A stretch of 64,000 nucleotides of DNA from Balanoglossus misakiensis (lineage: Eukaryota; Animalia; Hemichordata): NCBI GenBank assembly GCA_040954595.2, contig CM082586.2:1865124-1929123 (forward strand). Reading direction: 5' to 3'. Shown here one piece after another: positions 1 through 12,900 of the stretch. The notes under the pieces were generated by a model. The model was given only the letters and a program-made list of their open reading frames with translations. It did not search any database and was not told where the DNA came from. Both the position numbers and the translations under genes were made by a program. Within the stretch, counting starts at the first letter, position 1. Every line of letters starts with the position of its first letter.

Positions 1-426
1 TAGTCTTGTAGTGTTGTTACCTCTCAGTCGAGTAAACATGGTTTAAATACAATGAGATTTATGCAGGACAAGAACAAAATAACACTTCGAAACTCAACTT
101 GGCAGCAAAATGACTTCGTAGGAAGTGATGCAAAGGCTATTCTTAGTTCTACTTTAAAACTCAACTCTTAGCCAATCACAAACTTTTCTTAACAGACAAG
201 AAACCAAACTTCCGGGTTCAAACTCGTCTATCGCGGGCGGTGTCAGAGGAGGTCAGCTATTGTGGGGATAGACGCAACTATTTTACGAAGTATTTCCGTG
301 TACGTAACCGCTCCCCAAAGGGGCCGAAATTTGACCAAATCGGCGCATGGCAGCTCCGCGTTATTCAACCGAATCATAATGACGTGAAACTACCGACTTT
401 TGGCTTTATGTTTTATTCAAATTGCG

Positions 427-3400
427 ATGGAAAACGGGTTCAGCTCGGCGATTTGGAGTATGAAAAACTCTGTAGTGGTTGGTGTACTACTAGTGCTAGC
501 TGTGGTAAGTACTAACCCCCCTTGTGTGCTGTGTTCTTGTATTTGAATGAAAATACCCATTGCCATGGCGACAATACAGTAGCCAGGGCGAGGAAGAACT
601 ATAGTAAAACTAACTTCACTACCTAGATAGAGAGTTTTTTGTTGGCAAGTAGCCTTTTTTATTTTTTGGAAAATGTACTTCCTCGTATGTGTATGTGTAC
701 TTATTGTGTGACGTGCCTGAAATATACCACCAGCATGCGTTGCACTTGTGTGCTAACTATCCCTGGATATGTTCATTTCAGTTATATTGTGATACAAAAC
801 ATACTGTTAAAAGCTTCCAATATGTCTATGCACGATGACTTTTCGCTTGGCTACTACTACTATCGCGGTGTAGGGCAAGCTGTACAGTGGCCTGATCGCA
901 GTCAGTTTTAATGTGGTCCTTGTCCTGTCGAACGGCGGCGCGCCATTGTGTGGACAGAACCTCGAACCCGTGACCGACACATAATAGACACCGCGCCGCG
1001 CGCACTCACTGCGTGCCAAAGCCTATTGTTTCGCAAGAAAAGAAACGCATTCCTCACGTTGTACCGACCAAGTTTCTCAGTTTCTTTCGTACGTGAACTT
1101 GAAGTAAATGTGTACTTTTGATGAACAATTCCTTGCAATTTTTGACCTGAGTCTTACAGAATAAACAATATTCCAAATTCACAGAACGCAGGTTGACGCT
1201 TCCAAATGACGTAGTAGGACACACGCAGCCTCTTCGGGTATACGCGTACGGTCACGTCTAATTTACATATGTCTATATATGGTCATAGGGCGTGTCAAAG
1301 TCTTCCAATACTTGAGGTGGTGCATTTTTTTCGGATGTGCCACCAACTAAAACTCTGTGATTAGTTGTATTTCATTTTCCTTTGGCAACAGTGTTGAAAT
1401 TGACATAGGTGACCTAATACCTGGTTCTCCTAATTGATATGTTAATTGCCCATTAATACATTAATCTGCTCTGAAAGTTTTGTTTAGGGAATAATTTTCT
1501 AACTGTCTGGCCAAGTTGATAATTACATTAGGTGAGGTTTTTTTGGACAACTACAATCTACTTAGTGATGTAAGAGTATAACGATGAATTTGATAAGGCA
1601 TATTTTAACCTAAAGTGTGCATACCAATAAAATTCCATACCAATTACCAATTAAATTCCGGCTTTCATTCATATGTTCATGGAAATGGGAATCTTGTTAC
1701 ATCCGCCCATTTCTCAGTAATACGGACCTAGTGACATTCATGTCCGGAAGAAAGTCAGTCTGTTAAAGTTGATAGAATAGTAAAACTGACAGCTATAAAT
1801 TTTTACAGCTTTGCAGAATATTTGTCCGGTGACATGTCAGTGTTTGATTTGGTTGTTAATTAACTTTTTTTTCGTATAGCCCCAAATGTCTTTTTGTGTT
1901 AATGTTTCTATATTGAAATCGAAAAACGTTTGAATGTTCAAAGTAACTTCTCTCTTATTACCGAACAGAAAAGAAACTGGGAAAACAAATAACTATTTGA
2001 AACTTTTGCTAAAGATGAGAGACTAAAACCATGGAAACAGTGAAACAGAACATGCATTTGACATCTCATTTGTGATTGCAACCCATGCAAGTATACTGTA
2101 TTCAGTATAAACTAGGTTACTCTCAATGAAATTTGTCTAATAGCTGTCCTACTTCCTCTTACAGTGAAGATGTATTATTCACCTATGGCCTTGAAATATA
2201 AAAGTGTCTGCATATTTGTGAACTAGACCACATTCATTACTTCCTCATTCTTATGACCTCCTAACGCACTTGAGATGACTTGCTATTGTTATTACTTGGC
2301 ACAGTGGGATGACATAGCAGAGTTGTGAAGATTCTGCATAAATTATGGTGCCGAGGCGAATTATAATATTAGTATTTTATCTAATTGGACCAATCTAAGT
2401 TTGAAAGTAAAATCAGGAAAATAATGCAAAAGTGGCAGCTCTTGGGAAAATCAAAGTTTAAGACTAAGTCAGTACAGTAGTTAATACAGTTGCATTAAGT
2501 TTATCAGGTCAGGGCATTTGGATAAGATAAACTAAAAGGGTTATCTCAACTGCCCCTGGCCTCAGATAACCTTTCACCAGTACCAGTAGATTTATCATGT
2601 GATTATCACACCTACATGCTGTGTTGACAAGCAGAATATTGAGCATCTCTGCATTCTATAGGGAGTAGAACAAGCAACTACATTTGATAAACATATAGAA
2701 ATTCTGAAAGAAATATAGTTGGTTCTTGCAGTATATTTCACACATATGTTTCCAGTATGTGTGTGACTATGATTATTTTGACAGTTTATTTGGTACACCA
2801 GGAAGCCTGGCCTTTCACCACCATGGTTTGGTCTAATCATGTTGTTTTTATAGGAAAGTTTGACCTGTGTTCAAGGAAATGGGGTGAAAGGGTTAGGGTG
2901 TCATTTCAGTTTGAGTGAAAGTGCAGCTAATTACTTGAAACACTTCCATGCATCATGGAGTCGGATTTCAGATTTTTAAGGAATTGGCAGCATGTGAACC
3001 GGACAATTTATATTTCCCGGTATCAAATTTTTGAAGTTCTGTGCGTGGTAGGTTTCACATTGTTTTCACAGGTTCTATTACAGTGTTATCAAATTTGCCA
3101 GTACAGGCGGTTCCTGATGCAGGATATGAGAGCATATCAAACATGCCGTGAGCTACCGATATGAAATATCTGCTCAGCAGTGTTCCCTCTGTGGTTTTGA
3201 GAGGGTATAGGCAAGTTTTGTGCTCCGTGTGGCAGAAATAAAAGAGTACTAGCCGCAACTCGGGTAAATTTTTGTCCTTTTTAGATCTGATTACTGCATC
3301 CTGAATGACAAAATGTCTCTCTCTCTCTCTTTCTTCAGATTCCAACATGCCTAAGCTCAAATTGTGATCTGCCATGCACAGCGTGTGAGAGTGACAAGTG

Positions 3401-6400
3401 TACCAAATGCAGTGATGATTACTTTGTCTATGAAGATGTTTGCGTGAAGCTTTGTATACAAACAACAACATCACAATATACAACAATTACCCCTAGTTTT
3501 ACGACTACAAATGTAACTGTTACCCCGACAAGGGCTGCCTGCTTACAAGACTGTCCAACAGACTATTTTCAAAATGGCAGCATTTGCGAAACGTGCCACG
3601 CCGAATGCAACGCATGCACGGGTCCATTGGCATCAGACTGCGTGGCGTGCAGAAACTACAACGCCACGACCGCTGGGGAGTGCGTTTCAAGTTGTTCGCT
3701 GGATACATACGAAGACGAGGAGAATAAACTGTGTTTGCCGTGTCACGTGGAGTGCACAACACTCGGATGTACAGGGCCAGATTTGGACGATTGTTTAATC
3801 GCCACCACCACTGTAAACGCCACAACTGTTGAACCGGGAGAGTCAGATCCTGCGACACTGTTTATCATAATAGGAGGTGTGGTGGGAGGGGCTCTTGTCA
3901 TCGCTATCATCATCGCAATCATTTGTTGTTGCCGTCGTCACAGAGGTTCCGAGGGACCGAGTGATACAGTGAGTATACTTGATCATTTTTGTCCTACCTC
4001 CCGGACACATAAGACCCTGAAGCATTCAGATTGCCAGGCAGCGATTGTTGAGATTGTTAGTAAGTGAGATGTCTCGGTATTTTATATTTTTAGGAAAGTG
4101 TAAAAGAGAAAAGTCAGGATGAAGATTTTACCAGTGATGTGGGCAGTGATGGAGAGCAGAACCCAGGCTGTGATTTGTCTGGAGGGGTAAGTGTGCCTTA
4201 TTTATTTCAGTCCCTGGTTGCTAGATGAAGAATACCTGAGTATCAAAGATGGTATAGATTCACTGGTCGAGTAATTGTCCTTGTACCTCATACCTTTTGA
4301 ACCAAATTTTAAAATACATTGTATTTATAACTTCTGAGGGTACATGTAAATGTTGTGTCTTCGAAAACTTAATTTCAACTTTCGGTTTGTTATTTCGGAA
4401 TCAGATCTATGGCAATGTGGATGGTATGGGAAACCTGATCAATATCCCGGCTGACCAGACCACACAGGAGGTCTTACAGAGCGCCAGACATAATGAAAGA
4501 GCACAGAACAACAACATGAAATATCAAAACGGCGCGAGAACTGGAACTGTGATGACCGATGACGAATACGTAGATCCCAATCTCCCTCAAACGGTGATCG
4601 GTGGTTTCGGTTACGGGGAGGAATACGTAGCCCCTGATGTCCAGCAACAGTGGGGTGAGGAATACACCGCTCTGGATCAGAACACTGTTGCGACGCCTTC
4701 TGATGATACCCACGAACCAGCTAGTTTCAGCGGTTCTGAAGATCAAGGCGAAATTTATCAAAACATCGTACCAGGCGCGCAGGAGCACAGTACCCCTCCA
4801 CCTCCCATATCCCCACGGCATGCTTCGTTATTTGTAAGTAAGGGCTCTCCTGAAAAGAAGGCCAAGATTGCGCCGGGTTTCAGCGACCTCAATGAAGACG
4901 AGATCCTGTCAGTGCCCGCACCATCAATTGAAATGGCCGTGTTGGCACAGAAGAAGCAAAAGATGAACTGGCCTCCGCCATATTACAAGTCTGACTCTAT
5001 ACCTTCAGTAGAACCCCCCACTCCACCTATAAGTGATGACCTCCCACCACCTCCTCCAGTTCCCAAACCTGATGATCTGTTCACATTTGAAGAGCGCTTG
5101 GACTCTCTGCCATTGGATGCTCCTCCCCCTCCCCCGATAGCAGTGCCAGAATTTGAAGAGAGACTGGACTCGTTTCCCCTTGACGACCCTCCTCCTCCTC
5201 CTCCCGTTGCCAAGGACGCTGTTCTGTCTTATGAGCCACCCCCTCCTCCCGTAGCAAAGCCGAGTGATCTTCGAAAGGAAAGAGAAACACATGCTGCCCC
5301 CAAGAAAAAGCCAGGCAAACTGGATATGACCGCTTTTGAGAGGACTCTGAATCAGGAAAAACCGCCGCCCCCCAGCAACAAACCAAAGATAGCTGGCAAA
5401 CCTGCGGCTAAAGTCAAAGATCGGGCAGCTGATCTAGAAGGGGCCATACCTACAGGGCCACCGCCAACTGTGTCCCCAATGAAGAAACAGGCTCCTCCCA
5501 AAAGTGGGTATGTCGCCATGCAACTCGGACAGCCAGCCAAAGGGAAAACCAAACCCATGGGAAGGGCACTTATTCCAAGGCCCTTCACTCCGGCGGAAAT
5601 AACAGCAGCCAGGAATAAACTCATATCACAAGGTAAGGGACCACATCTAATAGTTTGAGATCAATGATGACACATGAAAATGAGGTAGAGTGAATGTACT
5701 GTCAAGCACAAAAACTGTTTAAGGTATATAGAATTATATTTGCAATTTGATTCCTTAAACACATTTTTCTTTTTCAGGAATCTATGATGAAAATGAGGCA
5801 ATTGACGTGGAACAAATTTACGAAGCAATGGAGAACGGGCACCTGGGTGAACTGTACGAGTCCATGGAAGAAATGCAGGCAGCACCATCATTGTCGCAGC
5901 GCCCTCTACCGCAACAGCCGAGCGACGCTGTCTATGCAGTAGATGAGCCAGTTTTTCCGAAATCAGGCGCAGCAAGCGGTCAACAAACGAAGCCAACCAA
6001 TGCTGTTGTTCCGCGGAAAGATCAGATGATGGGCCGCAAAGGAAAAGCCAAAGCCAAGCTGCCAGACCCGGTGCCCGCAGATGAGGAATACGAAATTACA
6101 AGTCCCGATGAACGAATTCCAGCCGTGCCTCCGCGAGTGCAGCCGAAAAACGTGCAACGACCGCCCGTGCTGGAAGAGTACGCTGTCAACCCTCACATGG
6201 AGCCAGCACCGGGGCTGTTACCAAGGAAACCACTTCCGCCGAAGAAGATGGAGCGAGCAAAAGCAAGGCCGGCCCCGAGTGATGATGTGTACGAACCAGT
6301 CACTATCGGTCTTCAGCAAGACGATATATATGAACCAGTGGAGGTGGTGGATGACAGACCCCCATCATTCAGCCAGTACCACAATTTACCGAACGTCGGC

Positions 6401-6505
6401 CCCAAGCCCAAGGAACCTGACACGGTTTACAGAAACCTACCGGGATCCCGGTCCCAACAACAGCATCCAGAGGGAGGATACGTCAGAATGCAGTACAAGA
6501 AATAA
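427..6505 (+). CDS. Uncharacterised type I transmembrane protein (~887 aa): signal peptide, furin-like/EGFR domain-IV-like Cys-rich ectodomain, TM helix, long Tyr- and Pro-rich kinase-less cytoplasmic tail
   Basis: Four exons with GT-AG sites and matching phases: 427-504 (MENGFSSAIWSMKNSVVVGVLLVLAV|gtaagt; alternative ATG at 460), 3339-3968, 4405-5632, 5778-6505. Exons 1+2 join to give a signal peptide (..VLLVLAV|IPTCLS). Cys repeats CHAECNACTGPLASDCVAC and CLPCHVECTTLGCTGPDLDDC, TM FIIIGGVVGGALVIAIIIAII followed by CCCRRHR. Confidence 0.85.
2811..2896 (+). mobile_element. Degenerate copy of ~94-bp TTAA/piggyBac-type MITE family (intron 1 of gene 1)
   Basis: CCTTTCACCACCATGGTTTGGTC...GGGGTGAAAGGGTTA; collinear with the copy at 58748. 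Confidence 0.65.
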
Positions 6506-6520
6506 ACAGGGACCCAGATG

Positions 6521-6599
6521 CACCATGGTTTAGTCCAAACCCATTGTTTTCTATGATAAACTTGGATCTCAATACAGGAAACAGGGGTGAAAGAGTTAA
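6521..6599 (+). mobile_element. 5'-truncated copy of the same MITE family, just after the stop codon of gene 1
   Basis: CACCATGGTTTAGTCCAAACCCATTGTTTTCT...GGGGTGAAAGAGTTAA; near-identical to the 58761-58841 segment. Confidence 0.7.
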
Positions 6600-9500
6600 G
6601 TCGATCTGCATCATTAGACACTTTTTTGTTCCAGTTCATGTTAAAACTTGGTAACAGCTATACTATTCAGGCATAAAAAACTTATGGTATCCAAGACCAA
6701 TTTTAAGGCCTGTCACTTTCTGTAAATATTTTCTGTCAAGGTCTACATTTTAATTGTGTAGAAATATAATGAGTCAAGAGGGACTAACTCTCAACGTCAC
6801 AATTTTCTCCTTAAGTGGATGAGGTACAATGTAAAGGGCCAGACATTCAGACTTTGGGTAAGGGAATGTTTTTGTTATAAATACATGTAAGGTGAAACCT
6901 GAAAATCTGAACCGATTAGCGCCAGTAAAATTAGAGGCTTGGAATGTGGAAATTCCACTTTGAAGATTTTAAATCACTCTGAAAATGAAAGTATGTATTA
7001 AACATACAGACAGTTTGAAGGAATGAGGCAGAATTAAATTCAACGACAGGTTGTGTAGTGTACATGCGTGTGATTGGCTGGAAAAATCAAAATGTCTGCA
7101 TCAGACAGATTCATCCGATACATAACCAGTTTGATCCGGTTTATAGCACCGCGGTCACAAATTACAGTGCAGAACATTGGCACAAATACTATTCAGATTA
7201 ATAGCTTAAAATCATCATCTGTACCTATAAATTTGCCCGTGAAGTTCAATTTTCATTGGCAATTCTTTTTTGAAATCCACTCTCATGTTGTGCACATTTT
7301 CAGAAGTGCAGAGCTGTTGTAATATAAAGCCAAGTGCACTTCTATATTATGCCAACTTATTTGGCACGAACAACCATACATAATCCAACTTATTTACACA
7401 AGAGAGAACTGGGATAAAGATTAATGTTTCTTATTCAGACGGCGAACACAACCATAATATTTACAACTTCCATACTCAGTTAGTGCAAAGAGAAACTTTT
7501 CAGATGAAAAAGTTAATAATCAACCTGGATTTCTTCTACGACCATATGTACTTACTGACAATGACATCAATAATATTGAGAATTAAACCTTTTCTGTTTA
7601 AAATAAATGCTTGCAGAGCCAAGCCAACTCACTGTACAGACAGTTTGTGTAGAATAGAGATCTAAAATATAGAACTTCCATATATTCCATAGTCCAAGTT
7701 TTAGATTGTATATTTAGTGACTAAGTCTAATGTAGCCTAGAATGATAAACTGTCCACAGTTGACATGTACCGTATATTCTATGCAAGATCATGAATCATG
7801 ACGTTTTCCAAAATCAGTTTTTGTAAATTTTTACATAAATGGAAGTGAAACAATATTGAATACATGTAATGTTTTTTCAGTGCTTTTGAAGCAATATGTC
7901 ATGTTTCAAATAGTCATTTTAAGAAAAGCCCCACCCCTCTGTACAGCGCAGTGGTCCTTCCTGTATTGTGTAGTTTAATAATCAGGTTAGACCATACGAG
8001 AGGGATTGGGGAGATTGTTAACTTGTTGATTTTCCCAGTTACAATTCAAACTCAAATCAGTTCGGTTCAATCATTATTGTCTTTTGTCAGTAGAAATGCT
8101 GACCTGTGTCTAGTTCAAGTAATGTACCATAATGGTACAATTTGCAATATTTTTTACAGTTTTTTATGTACAATCATATCAGAATGTATTTGACAAAAGT
8201 GGCAGATAAATGAATAATGAATTTCTGTTTTGTCTTTGTAAATTATTTATTGATGCAACATACATGGGTGGTGGTGGCTTTGAACAGTCAGACTGAATTC
8301 CAAACCTTTTTTTGCTGAAAATGTGTAATTGTCACTTTCGTGTCTGATGGTACTTGTCACCACAAATGGCACAATGTAACTATGACAAGTGATTTTTTAT
8401 ATATATTTTAAGAAACTGCTCGTCAAATTTCCTACATATCTGGAGACGTTACGTAAGATAGGTGAGATCTTCTTTAAACATGTCAAGTATAATAATGGAT
8501 TTACCATTTTGTCGTACACTACAGACCACAGACAGAACTGTGGTGTGGCTTCCCCACTGGACAAGATTAAAAATTAATGAGCAGTCATGCATGAATTAAG
8601 TGAACCATTGTTATTCAGGAACAGCCTATCAGTGTCTCACAAATCAAGTGATTAACATATTACCCACAATTCCAGAGTTACTGTGGTAACAGTCTTCAAT
8701 AGTTGCATATTAATCTGGTGTGCAGCTTAATTACACAATGTTGCATAAATATTTTAATCCATATGTACTTTAATATCAAATATAATTTTTCTAAATTAAA
8801 AGCTAATTCCATGTACCTTTATACTTGGATAATAAAATCAAATAAATGCTATATGCCGAACGAGTGATTTGTTGCTGAACTGTTGCTACAATGGCCAAGT
8901 TGTCAATGGAACAAATTTCATCTCTTGATGTAAGACCCCCTACCCCCAACACACTGTCCACAGAGTAATTGAGACATGCAGAGTTACATGAGCAAAACAG
9001 TTGTAATCTTTATTAGCTTAACAATTAACAAGTAATTAAGCAAAACAATAACCATGTCAACAAAGCTAAATTAATCCAAACAGACTGCAAAATCATGACT
9101 AGACTCTCACAGCCCATGGTTCTAAGGCTCTTTACATGTTGCACACTGATGTGCCCTCAAGTGTTTAGAAGATGCACCATATGGTGTGAAGCGAACCTTT
9201 GTACTCGTAACACAAATGCAACAATTCATTTTAGATAATTATGTACTTCCCTTGCCAGCTTCATAATCGATTAGGGAGACCCCCCAGCCTCCCTTATATT
9301 AACAGCAACAATAACACTGGACAACAACCAGTGAAACTGGGCAAGTTCATCGATTAGGTTTACAACAAGCGTTACAAGGTCTATCCCCATCTAAAGCAAT
9401 TGCAACATAAAACACTTCGAAAATGGACAAATTCGTTTAAGATTACTGCACTTTATTTTTGCATCAGAATTTTATTTCTTACAGAACTATGCTAAAAACA

Positions 9501-9998
9501 TTATAGTTAAACTCATCCCTCTAAACAGACATTATTTTTAGTACTGGGCCTGTTTTGATTCACTACAACACGAAATGTCTGTTGGCACAGAAAAAGTACT
9601 GGAACACGGTCTGCATTGTATTCAAAGTAGCAATTTTCAAACCCCCCTTTTTTGAGTAAGACTGTGGCATCCTATCTGAAACTTGGAACCGCATCCGGTC
9701 AAATCCTCCAAAACCCTGGCAGTGTTTGTTTGAAAATAGGGGTTGCAAACAGGCGTGTGATACAGCTTATCTTGGCATTATACTTGATATAAAGTTTGGG
9801 GATAAAGACCAGATCCACGGATCAAAATGTATCTCTATATTTTCCTACTCTATATTACTGATCCTAAAGGTATAAAATAACTTACAAATACAACTTATTT
9901 ATTTATTACAAAATAGATAAAACTTTAAAATAATAATCTCTTAGCACCAAGTTAAAAAGATAAAAGCGGCCTTTTGTCTTCTTCTAGTATTGATGTTT

Positions 9999-12900
9999 TC
10001 ACTCAAGCCTGCAAAGAGAAACAAAATAGAATATTAAAGACAAATTTCCAATGAATCTTCAGAAATAGAGACTGATGTACTGATAGAGTACACACATGAT
10101 TTGGTGGTAAATGTTGAAGTTCCTTATGATGCTCATGGAAACCATCTCTAAGAATTCTACATGTCAAAATTCAAAAACTCAACAGCAAGTGTAGATCATT
10201 ATTGTAAGAACATCTCTCAACCATGCATACTGAATTTAAAGTGACAATGTCTCTCTGTTCTGCCATTTTTGATGTCAAAACTCTACTGAATACTTACTCT
10301 AATGAGCAACTCGTGATGACCGCACGTGGCTTGAAGAATACCGTGAACTATTTTTGCTGTTCACGCTAAGACGGAATTTACATCCGGTCGTAAATCGATT
10401 TGAACCAGCCGCTATGTTGAAGTTCCCTTGCATGACTATCACGGTAGAGATCTTTTTTTCTCATTTTTTACTCTCATGTGTATAATGAGGATGGAAGTTG
10501 TGTGTGGTTGAATGTTGATTCACTATCTATCTATCCACATGTCAAATAACATGAACAGGTCTTGCATCAAACATAATTAACAAAAAAGGCAGAAAAAAAG
10601 AGACTTTGTCCCTATAAACATAACCAAATAAAAAATTAGAAATTATAAGTGATATTACCATAAAGGAATAGGATAACCAAATAAAATAAAAGCAAAAGCT
10701 AACACCATAAAAATCAAAGTAAATGAATACACTTCAAAATGAGTACTGTACAGAAACCAACTGAGTAATTAACCAACAATAGAAATCAAAATGAGATTAA
10801 AAATAAAATCATAAAGCTGATTTAACTTCAAACGTTCAACCCTTTGAACCCTGGAGAGGATCTCTGATGTCATAGGTCACCAGAAGGTCAGAGTTCAAAG
10901 GTAACCTATACTTTGATCAGTGCCTACCCAGTTTCACGTTGTCTACACTAGTTCTACATCACCAGCTGTCCTAGATATATTGGTGAAAGGAACCAATCTC
11001 TTTGCAGTCCCCTACAGGAGTCATAGCATTCAGAATTGAGACACGAATTCCGATCACAAATGTATGTGCTTGTTTCATTGGTGTTCATAGAAGCAATCAT
11101 TCATCTTATACACACACAAGATGCAAATACAAAGTCCAGGATTCAACAAGATTTTACAATAGTTTTCAAGGTATAATGGGATAAAAACAGAAAACATAAC
11201 TTACGTCACAGCAGCCAACTTGTCAACCAAGCGATCTTTCTTGTTGATTTTTTTCTCCTGTGAATAAAATTATATTTGTTATTAATCTGAATTGATCTGT
11301 CCACTATCTGCAGATACTTTGAACCATCTTTTGGAATTTGGCATCAGAAATCACAGACCAATATGACTACAAACCTCTTCTTCATTCAGTGTGTCTCCAT
11401 TCTTCTTTTTTTCCTCTAAAATTACAATCTGGAAAAAACAAACACAAATGAGATCATTACCCACACAGGCCATGAAGAACAATCTTGGAAATCGAAAGTG
11501 GATATAGAATACACAGATTACTGGGAAATACCAGAATCCTAAATCAAATACACAGGAAACATACCTCTCTCAGCTTTTTGTTCAGTTTACGAATCCTCTT
11601 CTTTTTCTTGTGTTCAGCAGCTTCCTATAGGTAGAAAAAAATCACCAAAAAATTGACTCCTCACATACAGCCGAGCACATATATTCAAAGCCAAATAGAT
11701 TTTTTTTCTTGCACCATCGTAAGCGCAGCAGTCTCCTGGCACTAAAAACCTATGTCGTCTCTATAGCAACACTGGAAAACAGGATGACTTACCTGTGATT
11801 GGACAGAAACTGCAGCACCTTGTACATTCGAGACACCTGACTGGGGCTTGCCACCGTTTGCATCGGTAAGCGTTGGCCACTCGGGCTGGTCCTCTCCGTT
11901 CACAGCTGGTATCTTCGCCCGTGGTGCCTGGCCATTCACACTTCCTCCGGGCTTCTTGAGGGTCAGCAGGTCCATGATGCCTCGGCCGCGCCCTCTCCCG
12001 TGTCCTGGTGGTGCGTTCTGGAACGACGAGGTGCCAGCCATCACCCAGCTGGCCACTCTCGCACCATCAGTCGTGTCCAAAGTTGAGGTCACACCCTTCA
12101 TCACCGGAGCACATGACGATGAATTCACTGTCTGGGCGATCGCCAGCAAGCTATTGGCCGATCGCGCAGTTGGCACGGAGACGCTCAGTGGGGTCGCACC
12201 TCTGTGGCCAATTTCTTCCAGATAGGCATTGGTGGCAGTCGCCTTGGCAACATGTCCTAGCACACTGTTTGTAGTTGGGCTGCCAGTTTGGGAATAGATG
12301 TTGGCAATGTTGAGTGCTGCCTGCTTGAACATGTGATCAGTCGGCACCAAAGCGGTTGAATTGGTTGTGGAAGCAAGTTGCCCGGACCCAGCACCATAAA
12401 TATTGGCTGCGATCTTTGGAGTACCTGTGACAGAGGATGAGCAGATAAATCGTGATAAAGGCAAGTTGTAGACGCATTTTGACATAAACATCTCTCTCTC
12501 TCACTCCCCCCCCTCTCTCTCTGAGTTTGTTGACTTGATGGCTCGTCATATGGGCTTGGAGGGCACACTGGTCCCAAATCAAATTAACTTTGAAGTAATG
12601 TCCAGTTTTGTTTTTCTTTCTTCTTTTTGGCTTACCATATTCTGGCTGTGTCAGACTACGTTGCAGTACTGCTGGTGGATGCCTTGGTCTTCTCACTGGT
12701 TTCTCTTGCTGTTCTTTTTCACGTTGACGTTCAGCCCTCAATTCGTTCATATATTCCTCATAGTCTGGATCGCCCACTCGTGGGACAGCAGGTCTGAAGA
12801 GATACACATATTTCATCATTGCAGAGACAATATAACAATGATTCACTTCAGCAACAAGCATACCACAAATTCCATTATATGTCACCGTTTTTATTCTTGG

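Noticed and set aside
240-515. ORF-track 91-aa ORF as first exon of gene 1
   Set aside because: No signal peptide, GTG start and wrong phase at the 505 donor; the 427/460 frame fits.
2501-2569. Imperfect hairpin as a possible pre-miRNA or ncRNA
   Set aside because: Arms have several mismatches and indels and match no family I recognise; more likely a decayed foldback repeat.
3072-3147. Possible extra exon of gene 1 (tttcacag|...|gtgagc)
   Set aside because: 76 nt would shift the frame; exon 1 (phase 0) already joins 3339 cleanly to complete the signal peptide.
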